Assembly (NCBI RefSeq): GCF_006345805.1
Contig: NC_042997.1
Location: 178,002,001 to 178,066,000, forward strand
Direction: 5' to 3'
Length of the DNA stretch: 64,000 nt
DNA from: Octopus sinensis
Taxonomy: Eukaryota
Each line of letters begins with the position of its first letter. Position 1 is the stretch's first letter. The translations under genes were made by a program, and so were the position numbers. This document shows, piece after piece, positions 23,910 through 35,957 of the stretch. The notes beneath the pieces were generated by a model that saw only the letters and a list, made by a program, of their open reading frames with translations, did not search any database and was not told the DNA's origin.

Positions 23910-24662
23910 CTTTGCATTTATGTATTTTTCGTCTTCTTCTTTTCTTATTTGTGAATGATTTTCAAGGAGTTCAAAAAGCTGATCCATGCTTTCCACTGGG
24001 GGCAAATAATTTAGTTTCGTAAAGAGATCATTGACTTGAGATTCCACATATGGAATTCCACCTGTAATCGTCTCATTTATTGAGCTAATTGAATAATATC
24101 TTTGTGGATAATCAACGGTACCCTCAGAAACATTGCTTATATTTGGGTTTGAAGAAGGTTTAGGCACCTTAAATTCTGTTTCATTTGATTTTTGATCTAA
24201 ATCTTTCACTAATTCCTGTTTTGGACTATGCATTGAAATTGTCGGTTTTGATGGAGCTGTACCTGAAAGTTCTGTTGTAGAACTTATTTTTACTCGCTTT
24301 TGATTTTCACTCACAACTTGACTTGAGGGATATTTTTTACTGGTTAGTTTAGGAGGATCAGTTGTCATAGTCTCAACAGTTTCAGCAGGTATCTCAGGTT
24401 TTGTCTGTTTCTGACTGTCAGTGAGGATTCCATGTGAAGGCTCAGGTTCTGCCTCTTCTGTTTTTATTTCCTTGTAGAGTGGGTCTTTTTTAAAGGGCAT
24501 CGCAATTTCATCTGGTCTCTCAGGAATCTTAACTCTTGTGTCACCAATATCTAATCGTTTAATCATAGCATGTAGCAAAGTATGTAACATAAAACAGTTT
24601 ATCATTCCAATCTTGGGACTGGCCAACGCCAAATTTAAAAGGTCTGTCATTTTATAATACAT
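23910..24662 (-). CDS. Gene A coding exon 1 (251 aa): QRICH2/C16orf96-like N-terminal motif, then a S/T/P/E/K-rich linker
   Basis: ORF MYYKMTDLLNLALASPKIGMINCFMLHTLLHAMIKRLDI resembles, from memory, the QRICH2/C16orf96 N-terminus (LxxLAxGTPxxGAVNFxALHxLL). Donor AAG|GTATAT at 23910/23909, phase 0. The ORF-track extension to 23832 runs into intron and a MITE. Confidence 0.85.
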
Positions 24663-24669
24663 TTTCTTT

Positions 24670-25430
24670 GTTTTTTTATTTAAAAAAAATTACTCAAACG
24701 TGTAACTATGAAAGCACTCGAGGGTAAAAAAAATAGCGGGGCCGGAAGAGAACAATGCCAATACGTAGCTGTGACTTGTATTATATTAATGCAGGGGTAG
24801 ATGTGACTTTCTGTGCGTGCAAGTGTTTACGAGTAAAAGTATTTGTATATATAAATATATTAGTTATCAGTGAGGGTTTAGGAAGGCAACAGTAATATAC
24901 ACGATGTATTTCTAGCAACTAACCCTAACCACTATGATATTAGCACAACATAATCAATAATGATTACACTACGTTTCGTGTCTTTTATATCTCCCACTAC
25001 TCTTTTGTATCCTGGGGACAAAAAGAAGAAACGTTGTCTCGTTGTTGTTGCTGCTAATCCCGTGAGCAGCTGCGGTTGGTATACCCAAGTCTATCGGTGT
25101 CTTGTATTTACGGTTGATGTAGATGGTCACTGGTCGTGATGGTTTTTTACATTCGTAATGTTATCTCCTTTAGTTATACTCTGCATTTACAACATATGTC
25201 TGTATGTTTGTGCGGTATGCGTGTGTGCCATTCGTGTATAACTTTATTGACAGTGACTTAAAAGTGTTGTCGGTAATTGCGTGTGATATATATTTTAGAC
25301 ACAACTAAAAACATAAATCGTTAAACCAATTTTGCCGAAAATTGGACGATTGGGTACAGCTGTTCACTGCCAAAACCTGCACCGACACCGACGAGGAACT
25401 TGCAGAGATTTTTTTCAGATGGTCCGATCA
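24670..25430. promoter_or_regulatory. CpG-rich segment upstream of the gene A ATG (proximal promoter or 5-prime region)
   Basis: CpG density well above the flanks, ETS-type CCGGAAG at about 24742-24748, possible acceptor tgctttcatag at 24706. Confidence 0.4.
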
Positions 25431-26246
25431 CTGAAGTGGGGGAAGGGAAGGACAATTTAGTTAACACGAAAACATTTCAGGTAGTGGAGTTGAAAAAGAA
25501 TAAGGGGTGGGGGAATTAGAAATTACACAATCACGTGTCTAAAAGAGACGTTGATGATGTGATGTTGATACGGTGTAATAATGTAAATGACGTATGTGAA
25601 TATTCTTCACTACAACAGCAGCAGCAGTAGTAGTAGTCGTAATTCATTTTGTCCATTTATATAGAAGTAGAAAATTATATTGAAGTAAAAAGGTGGCGAG
25701 CTGGCAGAATCGTTAGCACGCCGGGTAAAATGCTTATCGGCATTTCGTCCATCCTTACGTTCTCATTACAAATTCTGCCGAAGTTGACTTTTCCTTCCAT
25801 CCTTTCGGGGTCGATGAAATCAGTACCAGATACGCACTGGAGTCGACAAGGCCTTGTACCTATAGTAGAAAGGATAATTATTAAGGCGGCGAGATAGTAG
25901 AATCGTCTGCACGCCGGACAAAAGACTCGGCGGCATTTCGTCCGGCTTTACGCTCTGAGTTCAAATACCACCGAGATCAACTTTGTCTTCCATCCTTTCG
26001 GGATCGATAAATTAAGTACCACTCAAGCACTGGAATTGATGTAATCGTCTTCCTCCCTCTCTTCAAATTGGTGGCCTTGTGCCAAAATATGAAAGAATAG
26101 GTATCAATTTTACAAGGGGAAATAACTTACGGAGACCTCGAGAGTGGCTTCCCCATGATCTTAAGAAGTTAGTACAGGTTAGTTGCTCTGTGGGTAATTT
26201 ATGCTGCCGAGTTCGAATTCTAGTTTCAGATGAGTGTCAAAATATA

Positions 26247-26636
26247 TCTTTATATATAAAAGAGAAGTTGTGTGTCTGTCTCCTACGATTTAGATTCCTA
26301 ACTACTCCCACATTTTGCGGTGCAGTTTAACCAAAACTGGGTATCTTATAGTCGTGATTCATATCGAGCCCTTTTGGGTATTAGCGCGCGTCTACGATGA
26401 GTCTACGATTTTAAAAATAATTTACCATCATTTTTTCCATTTTAATGCATCTTTTTCGCTAAGGGAAGTAACTCTCTAAAAATGTCTACGATGAGTCAAC
26501 GATTTAAAAAAAAATTACCATAATTTTTTTCCCATTTTTAATGCATTTTTTTGCTATTTTTTGGCTATAACTCTCTAAAAATGCTTATATAGTTATTTCC
26601 CTTACAAACCCGAGCAACGCCGGGCGATACTGCTAA
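26247..26636 (+). mobile_element. Non-autonomous Helitron, subtype A
   Basis: A|TC start, subterminal hairpin cccgagcaacgccggg, ends CTAA|T (CTAG variant). Confidence 0.85.
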
Positions 26637-27016
26637 TATAAAATAAATTAAAAAAGGGAATATATCAATCATGATAATGTCGACGACGACGTTGATGACA
26701 CATGATCATTGATGTTACTTAAAGTCACTGGATGTGTTGAGTATTTCAATAGCTTCAACCATTGGAAAACCTCATCCGCCAAATAACCGAGCTTGTGTTA
26801 ATCAACTTTAACGTGTATTCTGATAATATTTCGCTATACACAGATTCCTTCTCTTGATCTACATCCATCTAGAGCTTGAGGCTAAAAACTTCCTTGAATT
26901 TTTTTCCAGCAAGCTCAGCTGAAGACATAGATGTCATTTGGGTATTGAGAAACGACATACTGTTGTATACGAAAATAAATGCGTTGTTTTTTTTTTTTTG
27001 TTTTTTTCATAGCATA

Positions 27017-28432
27017 TCTATATATATAAAACTCTAGTTGTGTGAGTGTCTGTCCCCTTCGATTTAGATTCCTAACTCCTCCCACATTTTGCGGTGCAGT
27101 TTAACCAAATTCGGGTATCTTATAGTCGTGATTCATATCGAGCCCGTCTGACTATTAGCGCGCGTCAACGATGAGTCTACGATCTAAAAAATAATTTAAC
27201 ATCATTTTTTATTCCATTTTAATGCATAAAATGCATCGTATGTCGATGGCGGCGGAGTTGGCGTCCACGCTCACAGCTGCACCTGTTTGCTTCTCCCCCT
27301 TCCCTCCCTCGTGAAGCTGTGGGGAAGGGAGTGTAAAGAAATCAACGTCGTAATGCGTTGTGAAGGAAACCAGCGTTCTTTTAGAACAACGACTTCATGG
27401 CTTGAAGACACAAAAACAAAAATGGCTAAGAAAGCCCGAATTTATAAGGGAAGTAACTCTCTAAAAATGCTTATATAGTTATTTCCCTTACAAACCCGAG
27501 CAACGCCGGGCGATACTGCTAGTCTATATATATAAAACTGTAGTTGTGTGAGTGTCTGTCTCCTACGATTTAGATTCCTAACTCCTCCCACATTTTGCGG
27601 TGCAGTTTAACCAAATTCGGGTATCTTATAGTCGTGATTCATATCGAGCCCGTCTGGTTATTAGCGCGCGTCTACGATGAGTCTACGATTTTAAAAATAA
27701 TTTAACATCATTTTTTATTCCATTTTAATGCATAATTTTTCGTGTGTCGATGGCGGCGGAGTTGGCGTCCACGCTCAAACACCTGCACCTGTGTTTGCTT
27801 CTCCCCCTTCTTCCCTCCCTCGTGAAGCTGTGGGGAAGGGAGTCTAAGGAAATCAACGTCGTAATGCGTTGTCAAGGAGACCAGCGTTCTTTTAGAACAA
27901 CGACTTCATGGCTTGAAGACACCAAAACAGAAATGGCTAAGAAAGCCCGAATTGGCATCTATAAGGGAAGTAACTCTCTAAAAATGCTTATATAGTTATT
28001 TCCCTTACAAACCCGAGCAACGCCGGGCGATACTGCTAGTCTTTATATATAAAACTGTAGTTGTGTGAGTGTCTGTCCCCTTCGATTTAGATTCCTAACT
28101 ACTCCCACATTTTGCAGTGCAGTTTAACCAAAACCGGGTATCTTATAGTCGTGATTCATATCGAGCTCTTCTGGGTATTAGCGCGCATCTGCGATGAGTC
28201 TACGATTTTAAAAATAATTACCATCATTTTTTTCCATTTTCATGCATATTTTTTTAAAGGGAAGTAACTCTCTAAAAATGTCTACGATGAGTCAACGATT
28301 TAAAAAAAAATTTACCATCATATTTTTTCCATTTTTAATGCATTTTTTTGCTATTTTTTGGCTATAACTCTCTAAAAATGCTGTATAGTTATTTCCCTTA
28401 CAAACCCGAGCAACGCCGGGCGATACTGCTAG
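27017..28432 (+). mobile_element. Head-to-tail array of three non-autonomous Helitrons (27017-27522, 27523-28039, 28040-28432)
   Basis: A|TC...CTAG|TC...CTAG|TC...CTAG|T with no spacers; each has the same 3-prime hairpin; subtype order B,B,A. Confidence 0.9.
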
Positions 28433-28576
28433 TTTTATAAATAAACGCATTAAATTCTGGTGTTAATTTTGATGCTAAAGAAATTCGAAAAAACATGCAT
28501 CTGTGAGTAACTCAGAAAGCAGACGATAATTTGAAAGTCTTCACAATAACCTAACCATAGACAGCTTTAGAATAAA

Positions 28577-28967
28577 CTAGCAGTATCGCCCGGCGTTGCT
28601 CGGGTTTGTTTCGACCCTTTATAATTGGAATTTTTTGAAAAGTAAAAATTTTGCATTATGTAGCTTGTTATTCTCTTTAAGTGAATATTTTTCTGGTTGA
28701 AATACACCGAAAAATGGCGACACAGCAGTAAAAAAATCGTAAAAGATAGGGATTTTCATAGAAAAAAAGCACCTTTTTGATGTAAATAATTTTTGGTGTT
28801 AACATGGTCCGATTTGAATTTTATCTTCTAAGGAATGAAGACCAAGCCTTCTTCTATCATACTCTCAATTTTGGTCAACTTGCGCCGCAGGGTCTCGGAG
28901 GAGATAGTCTTAGTTGAAGGCTACCAAACCTGCCACACACAGACAACTTCAGCTTTATATATATAGA
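28577..28967 (-). mobile_element. Non-autonomous Helitron, different internal subfamily, same 3-prime end
   Basis: A|TC...CTAG|T on the minus strand; body matches the copy at about 4178-4610. Confidence 0.88.
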
Positions 28968-29146
28968 TTTGTACCTGCATCTGTTAAATTCAATATCCAA
29001 AAATAAAAATGGAGAAAGAGGAAGAAGGAAGAATGAATCATTATTGAAAATTCTATTTTTATATAATTTCAAGAGAAACATTTCAAGATAGAGCCAGTAG
29101 CGTAGCATGGATTTTGGCAGTCTTGTAAGGTAACTAAATTGGTTAC

Positions 29147-30500
29147 CTCGCTTTCTTAAACATAACAGCAAACACGTATATAAAATGGTTATCCTCTGCG
29201 GTCCGCACTAAGGAGACCCCCAACCCTTGACCCCGTTCCCCCAGAACGTAGGAAGTTCTGCGAGAAACAGCAATAAATAGGGTAATTATGCAATTAGATT
29301 TTTAGTAATTTTTTAAAGTTTAATTCTCTTATATCCGTAATTTTATCATACATGCACTACATATTCCCCACAAATAGGAAAATACGGGCATCTGTTGGTC
29401 TAGTAAGGAGACTCTACAGGAAAAATGACCCTTTAATGAGCATTTTTTTAAAATGGAAATTTGGATGATAAACAAGATCTTGGTTTAGACGATATTTCTT
29501 AGGCCCTTCATGTGGTGTCTGGCGGATTTAGCGCTGCCAAACATTTCAAAGAGAGTTTTATCATGTAGCATGAATATTTAGCAATCCGAGATCGCGATTC
29601 ATTACCTATGCTATCGAAAATATTTGACCAATCAAAACTTTGTGCAGTACAGGTTTCAACAGCAAATTTCAATTTTGGCGCACGTCTCCCTAAGCCTATT
29701 ATATATTCAACGCACTTAGCTACTACAGAAAGACAGCAGATAGACGGCGTAGGGTCAGCAAACAATAACTAAACCAAGCTAACAATAAAAAGCAATCAAG
29801 TGGCGTACGTAAGACGTTAGAAGACAGTAGCACGACCAGCTTCTAACCACAATTAAGGAACGGTGACAGCATCACAAGAATCCGCTAACATTTTGACTGC
29901 TGCTACAATCACACCAGTCCAAGAGCAGTTATCTCCAAATTTAATCGGTGTCTTTTGTATTAACGACATTGTTTGTTTACGAAAAGAATAAATATCTTGT
30001 TTATCAAAATGTCAAGCAGTTATCAGTGTTCTTCGTAACACGTAGCGACCTTGAAGAAAGAATGTGATGCGGCCTAGAAACAACTTGCCGATCATTCCGT
30101 CCTTACGACATTATTATGCAGCTCCGCAAATTGAAAAGCACCACCTTCACAGAAACAACACTGAAAATTCTCTCTCTGGGTGACTTTTCGCAGCCGTTGT
30201 AGCCTTGTTACGCCGCTGCCATCTCTGACGTCGATACACTTGTGATCGTGTCCCAGGCACGCTTCGGTTTTTTTCTCAGCCTATCAAAGGTTTTCAACGA
30301 CACTGTCGAGATGCCAGTACGCTACCTGCAACATCATCGATACTAACCAACATACTCAGTAATTTCCTAATCGTCATGTTGTTTTCCGTCAGCATCGAAT
30401 GCCTGAAATTGGATCATCTTGAGTCTCTAACAATATCAACCTCATAATATCGGTACATTCTCCCACTGATGTTTCCATCCGTTCAAGAATGAAATAAGTC
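29147..30500. promoter_or_regulatory. CpG-rich, repeat-free, non-coding segment; candidate promoter or first exon(s)
   Basis: CCAAT at 29628-29632, minus-strand donor GAG|gtaacc at 29147, no long ORF in any frame. Confidence 0.45.
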
Positions 30501-30721
30501 AACATGTGTTTTATCCAATGCAATACGAAAAAAGGCTGTTTTCTTCATCAAGATTACTTTTTTCTACTGCTTTCCCAATCTCTTGTTTTGATACATACAT
30601 GTTTATTTTCTCTCCCTGTTTATTTCTATGTTCCTTTCTATCGAAGAGTGTTGGCTCAAAACGTAAAAGACTTTCTCACTTCCCGAGTGTTAAACTAATA
30701 CATCTGTTTGTTGTTTATATA

Positions 30722-30910
30722 ATTCACAGCGGCAAACCATCAACTACGGTCACTGACACACATCGCAAGCGAGTGGTTGAATTATTTTGCATGGATAGAC
30801 GAGTCACAATCCGTGAGCTTGCTTAGTGACTGTACTGTGATCACAATGCATTACAGAAGAGTAGATACTGGGTATTGGAAAGTGTACCTCTGATCCGCAG
30901 GAAACGACTG
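30722..30910 (+). mobile_element. Mariner transposase relic (HTH region)
   Basis: SGKPSTTVTDTHRKRVVELFCMDRRVTIRELA resembles the mariner GRP...DRRxTxRExA motif; stop follows. Confidence 0.6.
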
Positions 30911-32344
30911 AAGTCAACAGACACATTTTTTTTTTTACCAAATTGGAGTTCTTGATATATATTAAAATGGAATGCCATGATTACAAACCTTTGATTATAA
31001 ATCTGTTGGATTAGGGTTGATTTGGACCTAAACTACAACTACTGCTGAGAAAGAATCAAGAATTAGAGAAGTGAGTTTTTAAGTTACAATTTGCAATTGA
31101 AGCTAATTTACTATACTTGTATCATTAATGTCATTGAGAAAAGGTATGAAACATCTATCTCATTCACTTCTATAGTAAATATGTGAACTTGTGTTCAAGT
31201 TAAAAAAAAAAGGGGAAAGAAAGAAAATCAACACAGCCATGGCTGTGGTAAGAAGGTTACCAACCATATGGTTCTGGGTTCAGTCCCACTGTGTGGAAAC
31301 TTGGGTGTTTTTTACTATAGCCACAGGCTGACCGAAGCCTTAGGAATGGATTTGGTTGATAGAAACTGAAACAAGCTCACTGTGTGTGTGTTTGTCCCCC
31401 ACCACTGCTTGTTAACTGGCGTTGGTATATTTACGTCCCTGTGACTTAGTGGTTCGGCAAAAAGAAACCAATAGAATAAGTGTCGGCCTTTAAAAAGAAA
31501 TAAGTACTGGAGCAGATTCGTTCGACTAAAAGATTCTTTTAGATGGTACCCCAGCATAGCTGCAGTCTAATGACTCAAAGAAATAAAATAAAAAATATAT
31601 TTACAGATCTGTATTTTAACAATTCTGGTGGAATGAAATACACACTTTATAAGCTATCTGGGGCACTTCTCTGAGGACTGTATCACCATTACAGGAGATA
31701 ATTATTGAATAAATCAACGAAACTATAATACTTTTTAGTACTAACCCTTCTAAAGTGCTCATATTTAAATTAAAATTTTAATCAAAATCTCATCATAAGA
31801 CAAACGAGAGGTGAAATTTCAATCAGTGAATATCAGCCAAATGCATACCAATTTATAAAGTTATATTTTTCTGAGCCTGACCCAAATCTTGATTATATCA
31901 AAATTTAATTGAAATATGGGCAGTTTTCTCATCAGAAATATACCCATGAAAGAGTTATCAATCACAATAGAACTTCTAATGGATGACTATTCAAATAAGT
32001 TTACACTATTGGGCAGGAGACAATTTAGTATGAGTTTAGATAATTGTCCTGGTAGTTTTGTATCAGGTGATGAGAGGTTATAGTATGATAGATGGGCAGA
32101 AACCGAGAGTCTAGCTGATTGTTCAAATTGTACATGTTGGTAGATTAACTCTTTTGTTAAACCGAAGTACTACTCGGCTACTCTTAATCACAAGTGATGC
32201 ATTCACACCGTTGTTGAATCCAACTCTCAAATCCTCTTTAGAAACATCCACATGTGAATCATTGTGCTCACTTCTTGACAACCAATTTCATGAAGGGGTG
32301 TGGTTTACTGGTTATGGTATTTTGCTCATGATAGTAAGGTCGTA

Positions 32345-32757
32345 AAAGGCGAGCTGGCAGAATGGTTAGCACACCGGGCGAAATGCGTAGCTGTATTTCA
32401 TCTGCCGTTAACGTTCTGAGTTCAACTTTGCCTGTCATTCTTTTGGGGTCGATAAATTAAGTACCAGTTACACACTGGGGTCGATGTAATCGACTTAATA
32501 CCTTTGTCTGTCCTCTCTATGTTTAGCCCCTTGTGGGTAGTAAAGAAATAAGAATCGTTAGCACACCTGGCGAAATGCATAGCCGTATTTCGTCTGCCGT
32601 TACGTTCTGAGTTCAAATTCTGTCGAGGTCGACTTTGCCTTTCATTCTTTTGGGGTCGATAAATTAAGTACCAGTTATGCACTGTGGTCGATATAATCGC
32701 CTTAATCCGTTTGTCAGTCCCCTCTATGTTTAGCCCCCTGTGGGTAATAAAGAAACA
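32345..32757 (+). mobile_element. SINE family 2 tandem dimer with a single TSD, nested in a family-3 SINE
   Basis: gatagtaaggtcgt flanks both ends (about 32329 and 32758). Confidence 0.8.
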
Positions 32758-33049
32758 GATAGTAAGGTCGTGAATTTGATTTCCATGAGCATGTTGTGTC
32801 CTTGAACAAGACACTTTACTTCATGTTGCTCCAATCAACTCAGCTGGCAAAAATGAGTTGTAACCTGTAATTCAAAGGGCCAGTCTTGTCACATTGTTAT
32901 GCTGAATCTCCAAGCACTATGTCAAAGACATGCATGTCCATGTAGTACCCAACCACTTTTACAAGCAGATTGTTCTGTTGATCGAATCAACTGGAACACT
33001 CGTCTTAACTGGTGGAGTGCCAGTTTACAACTAATTCCAACATGTCTGT

Positions 33050-34430
33050 ATCAGCAAAATCATTCTCCCCAAAAGCTGCTTTTCATTGGCCCAAGCAGGC
33101 AGAAATCAGTGGGGATCAAATCCAGGTTGTATGCTGGACAGGAAACCTTTGATGACTCCTTTTTGACAATTGCCTGATTTGTTATTAAATATCTGTGGTC
33201 ATGCATTAACTTGGTGAATGTGGACAGTTTTTGGATTCTTGTTCTGTGTCTTCTCTTAAGCTTTTTTGAATGTCTCACTAAACTGCTCACTTTTCATGCT
33301 ACAGCCACATTCTAGGAAATCAAGAATAGCACCCTTGTCATGCTAAAAAACAGTCCTCAATGACATTTTGTGCCAATTGCTGGCTCTCGAACTTCCAAGG
33401 CCTTATATAAGATATCTGATGCCATTCCATGCACCAAGCCTTCATTTCTGGATCATATATGCCTGTTATAGTCCCTATCACCAGATTGGAAAAATATATC
33501 ATTAGCTTCAAGTTTCCAACAAATCAGAGCAGACTTCTACTCTTTTAAATTGAGTGTCAACTGCTGAGGTAGTCATTTTCCTATATCCAAAATCTCCCAC
33601 TATATCCCGTAATGCATTGTGACCACAATCCAGTTATGCATGGATTCTGACTTATCAGTCCACACTAATCACTTCATTCATCCACTGTGTCAATGGATGC
33701 AGCTGATGGTCCTACTGCACAGCTTCTTTTCAATGCTAGTGCCATGTAAAAAGTACCCAGTAAGTGGTTGGTGTCAGGAAGAGCATCCAGCCTAAAAACT
33801 ATGTGAAAGCAGACAGTAGAGCTTGGTGCTGTCCTCTGGTTTGTCAGCTCCTGTTAAACTATCCAACCTAAGCTAGCACACACAAATAGACATTAAACAA
33901 TGATGATGGTGATAATGTTTCCCTTTACTTACTTTTACTTGTTTCAGTCATTTGACTGTAGCCATGCTGGAGCATCACCTTTAGTCGAACAAATCGACTC
34001 CAGGACTTATTCTTTAGAAGCCTAGTACTTATTCTATCGGTCTTTTTTGCTGAACTGTTAAGTTACAGGGACGTAAACACACCATCAACGGTTGTCAAGC
34101 GATGTTGGGGAGACAAACATATATATATATACACACACACATACAATGGGCTTCTTTCAGTTTCCGTCTACCAAATTCACTCACAAGGCTTCGGTCGGCC
34201 TGAGGCTATAGTAAAAGACACTTGCCCAAGGTGCCACGCAGTGGGAATGAACCCTTTCTTTAAACTTCTTCGCCCATTTGTGTATGTTGCTCATCAATGG
34301 TATCATCTCCAAAAACAACATGTAGCTTGCACCCCTCCTTTGTCAAGAACTTAATGAGGGCATGTTTCTTCTTCTTGGAAGCCATTATTTACTGGCAACT
34401 AAGAACAAACAAGAAGACTTACTATAGAGG
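33050..34430 (-). mobile_element. Degraded mariner relic split by RTE and SINE insertions
   Basis: PAYNLDLIPTDFCLLGPMK (catalytic YSPDL-like) at about 33060-33150; N-terminal IKFLTKEG-like fragment at about 34300-34400. Confidence 0.6.
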
Positions 34431-34640
34431 AAGAGTTACTCTAGTAACACGAGCAATTTGAACAACCTAGGCGTAGGAGTGGCTGTGTGGTAAGTAGCTT
34501 GCTTACCAACCACATGGTCCCGGCTTCAGTCCCACTGCGTGGCACCTTGGGCAAGTGTCTTCTACTATAGCCTCGGGCCGACCAAAGCCTTGTGAGTGAA
34601 TTTGGTATACGGAAACTGAAGGAAGCCTGTCGTATGTATG

Positions 34641-34673
<33 letters not shown>

Positions 34674-34870
34674 CTGTGTTTGTCCCCCCAACATCGCTTG
34701 ACAATTGATGCTGGTGTGTTTATGTCCCCATAACTTAGCGGTTCGGCAAGAGACCGATAGAATAAGTACTAGGCTTCAAAAGAATAAGTCCTGGGGTCGA
34801 TTTGCCCGACTAAAAATGCGGTGCTCCAGCATGGCTGCAGTCAAATGACTAACAAGTAAAAGAATAAAAA
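33930..34870. mobile_element. Two SINE family 1 copies in opposite orientation (33930-34252 minus, 34468-34870 plus)
   Basis: Sequence similarity to the family-1 consensus seen in the window. Confidence 0.85.
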
Positions 34871-35340
34871 AGAGAGAGTAAAGAGTAACCTATAACAGTT
34901 AATGAAAACTTTACATCCACTTTTGCATCACTTTTTGTTACAACTCTTAAGTGCACAAATACATGGATTCCATTACCTTCAGAGATCACTAGTGCAATCT
35001 TATTTTATATATAACTTATTGAAGTATACTAAACTGTAATTAGAGAATATAAAAACTATTCACTATCATACGTTTAGAATAGTGAATAGATGTTAAAAAA
35101 AAATTATTAGCAACAATACCAAGGAAGGTTGAAACCATGTGATCTGGTGGTTTCTCTGCTGAAGATGGCAGGGATTTATCTCCATGCTCGCGATATAAAC
35201 AATAGTACATTTTGCACCAAAAGCTAGTGTGAGAGTTTCTCTCATGGTATCTACCACAATATAGTTTGTGCTAACAGTACATACATGTTTAAGTGGGAAC
35301 AAATATTACCTCACTGATTAGATGGTTGTGAATCATTAAA

Positions 35341-35957
35341 GGCGGCGAGCTGGCAAAGCATTTCGCCCGGCGTGCTAACGTTTCTGCCAGCTCGCCGCCT
35401 TTAATGATTCACAACCATCTAATCAGTGAGGTAATATTTGTTCCCACTGAAACATGTATGTACTGTTAGCACAAACTATATTGTGGTAGATACCATGAGA
35501 AACTCTCGTCTGCCATTACGTTCTGAGTTCAAATTCCGCCGAGGTCGACTTTGCCTTTCATCCTTTCGGGGTCGATAAATTAAAGTACCAGTTACGCACT
35601 GGGGTCGATCATCATCATCATCATTTAGCATCCGTTTTCCATGCTAGCATGGGTTGGACGGTTCAACTGGGGTCTGTGAAGCCAGAAGGCTGCATCAGGC
35701 CCAGTCTGATCTGGCAGTGTTTCTACGGCTGGATGCCCTTCCTAACGCCAACCACTCCGCGAGTGTAGTGGTTGCTTTTTACGTGCCACCTGGAGCTGGC
35801 AAACGGCCACGAACGGATGGTGCTTTTACGTGCCACCGGCACGGGGGCCAGGCGAGGCTGGCAACGGACACGAACGGATGGTGTAATCGACTTAATACCT
35901 ATGTCTGTCCTTGTTTGTCCCCTCTATGTTTAGCCCTTGTGGGTAATAAAGAAATAG
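35341..35957 (+). mobile_element. SINE family 2 with rearranged head and an RTE-tail insertion
   Basis: TSD ggttgtgaatcattaaa at about 35324-35340 and 35957-35973. Confidence 0.8.

Noticed and set aside
29508-29765. 85-aa minus-strand ORF in the CpG-rich segment
   Set aside because: It has a non-ATG start, overlaps promoter-like motifs and shows no recognisable domain.
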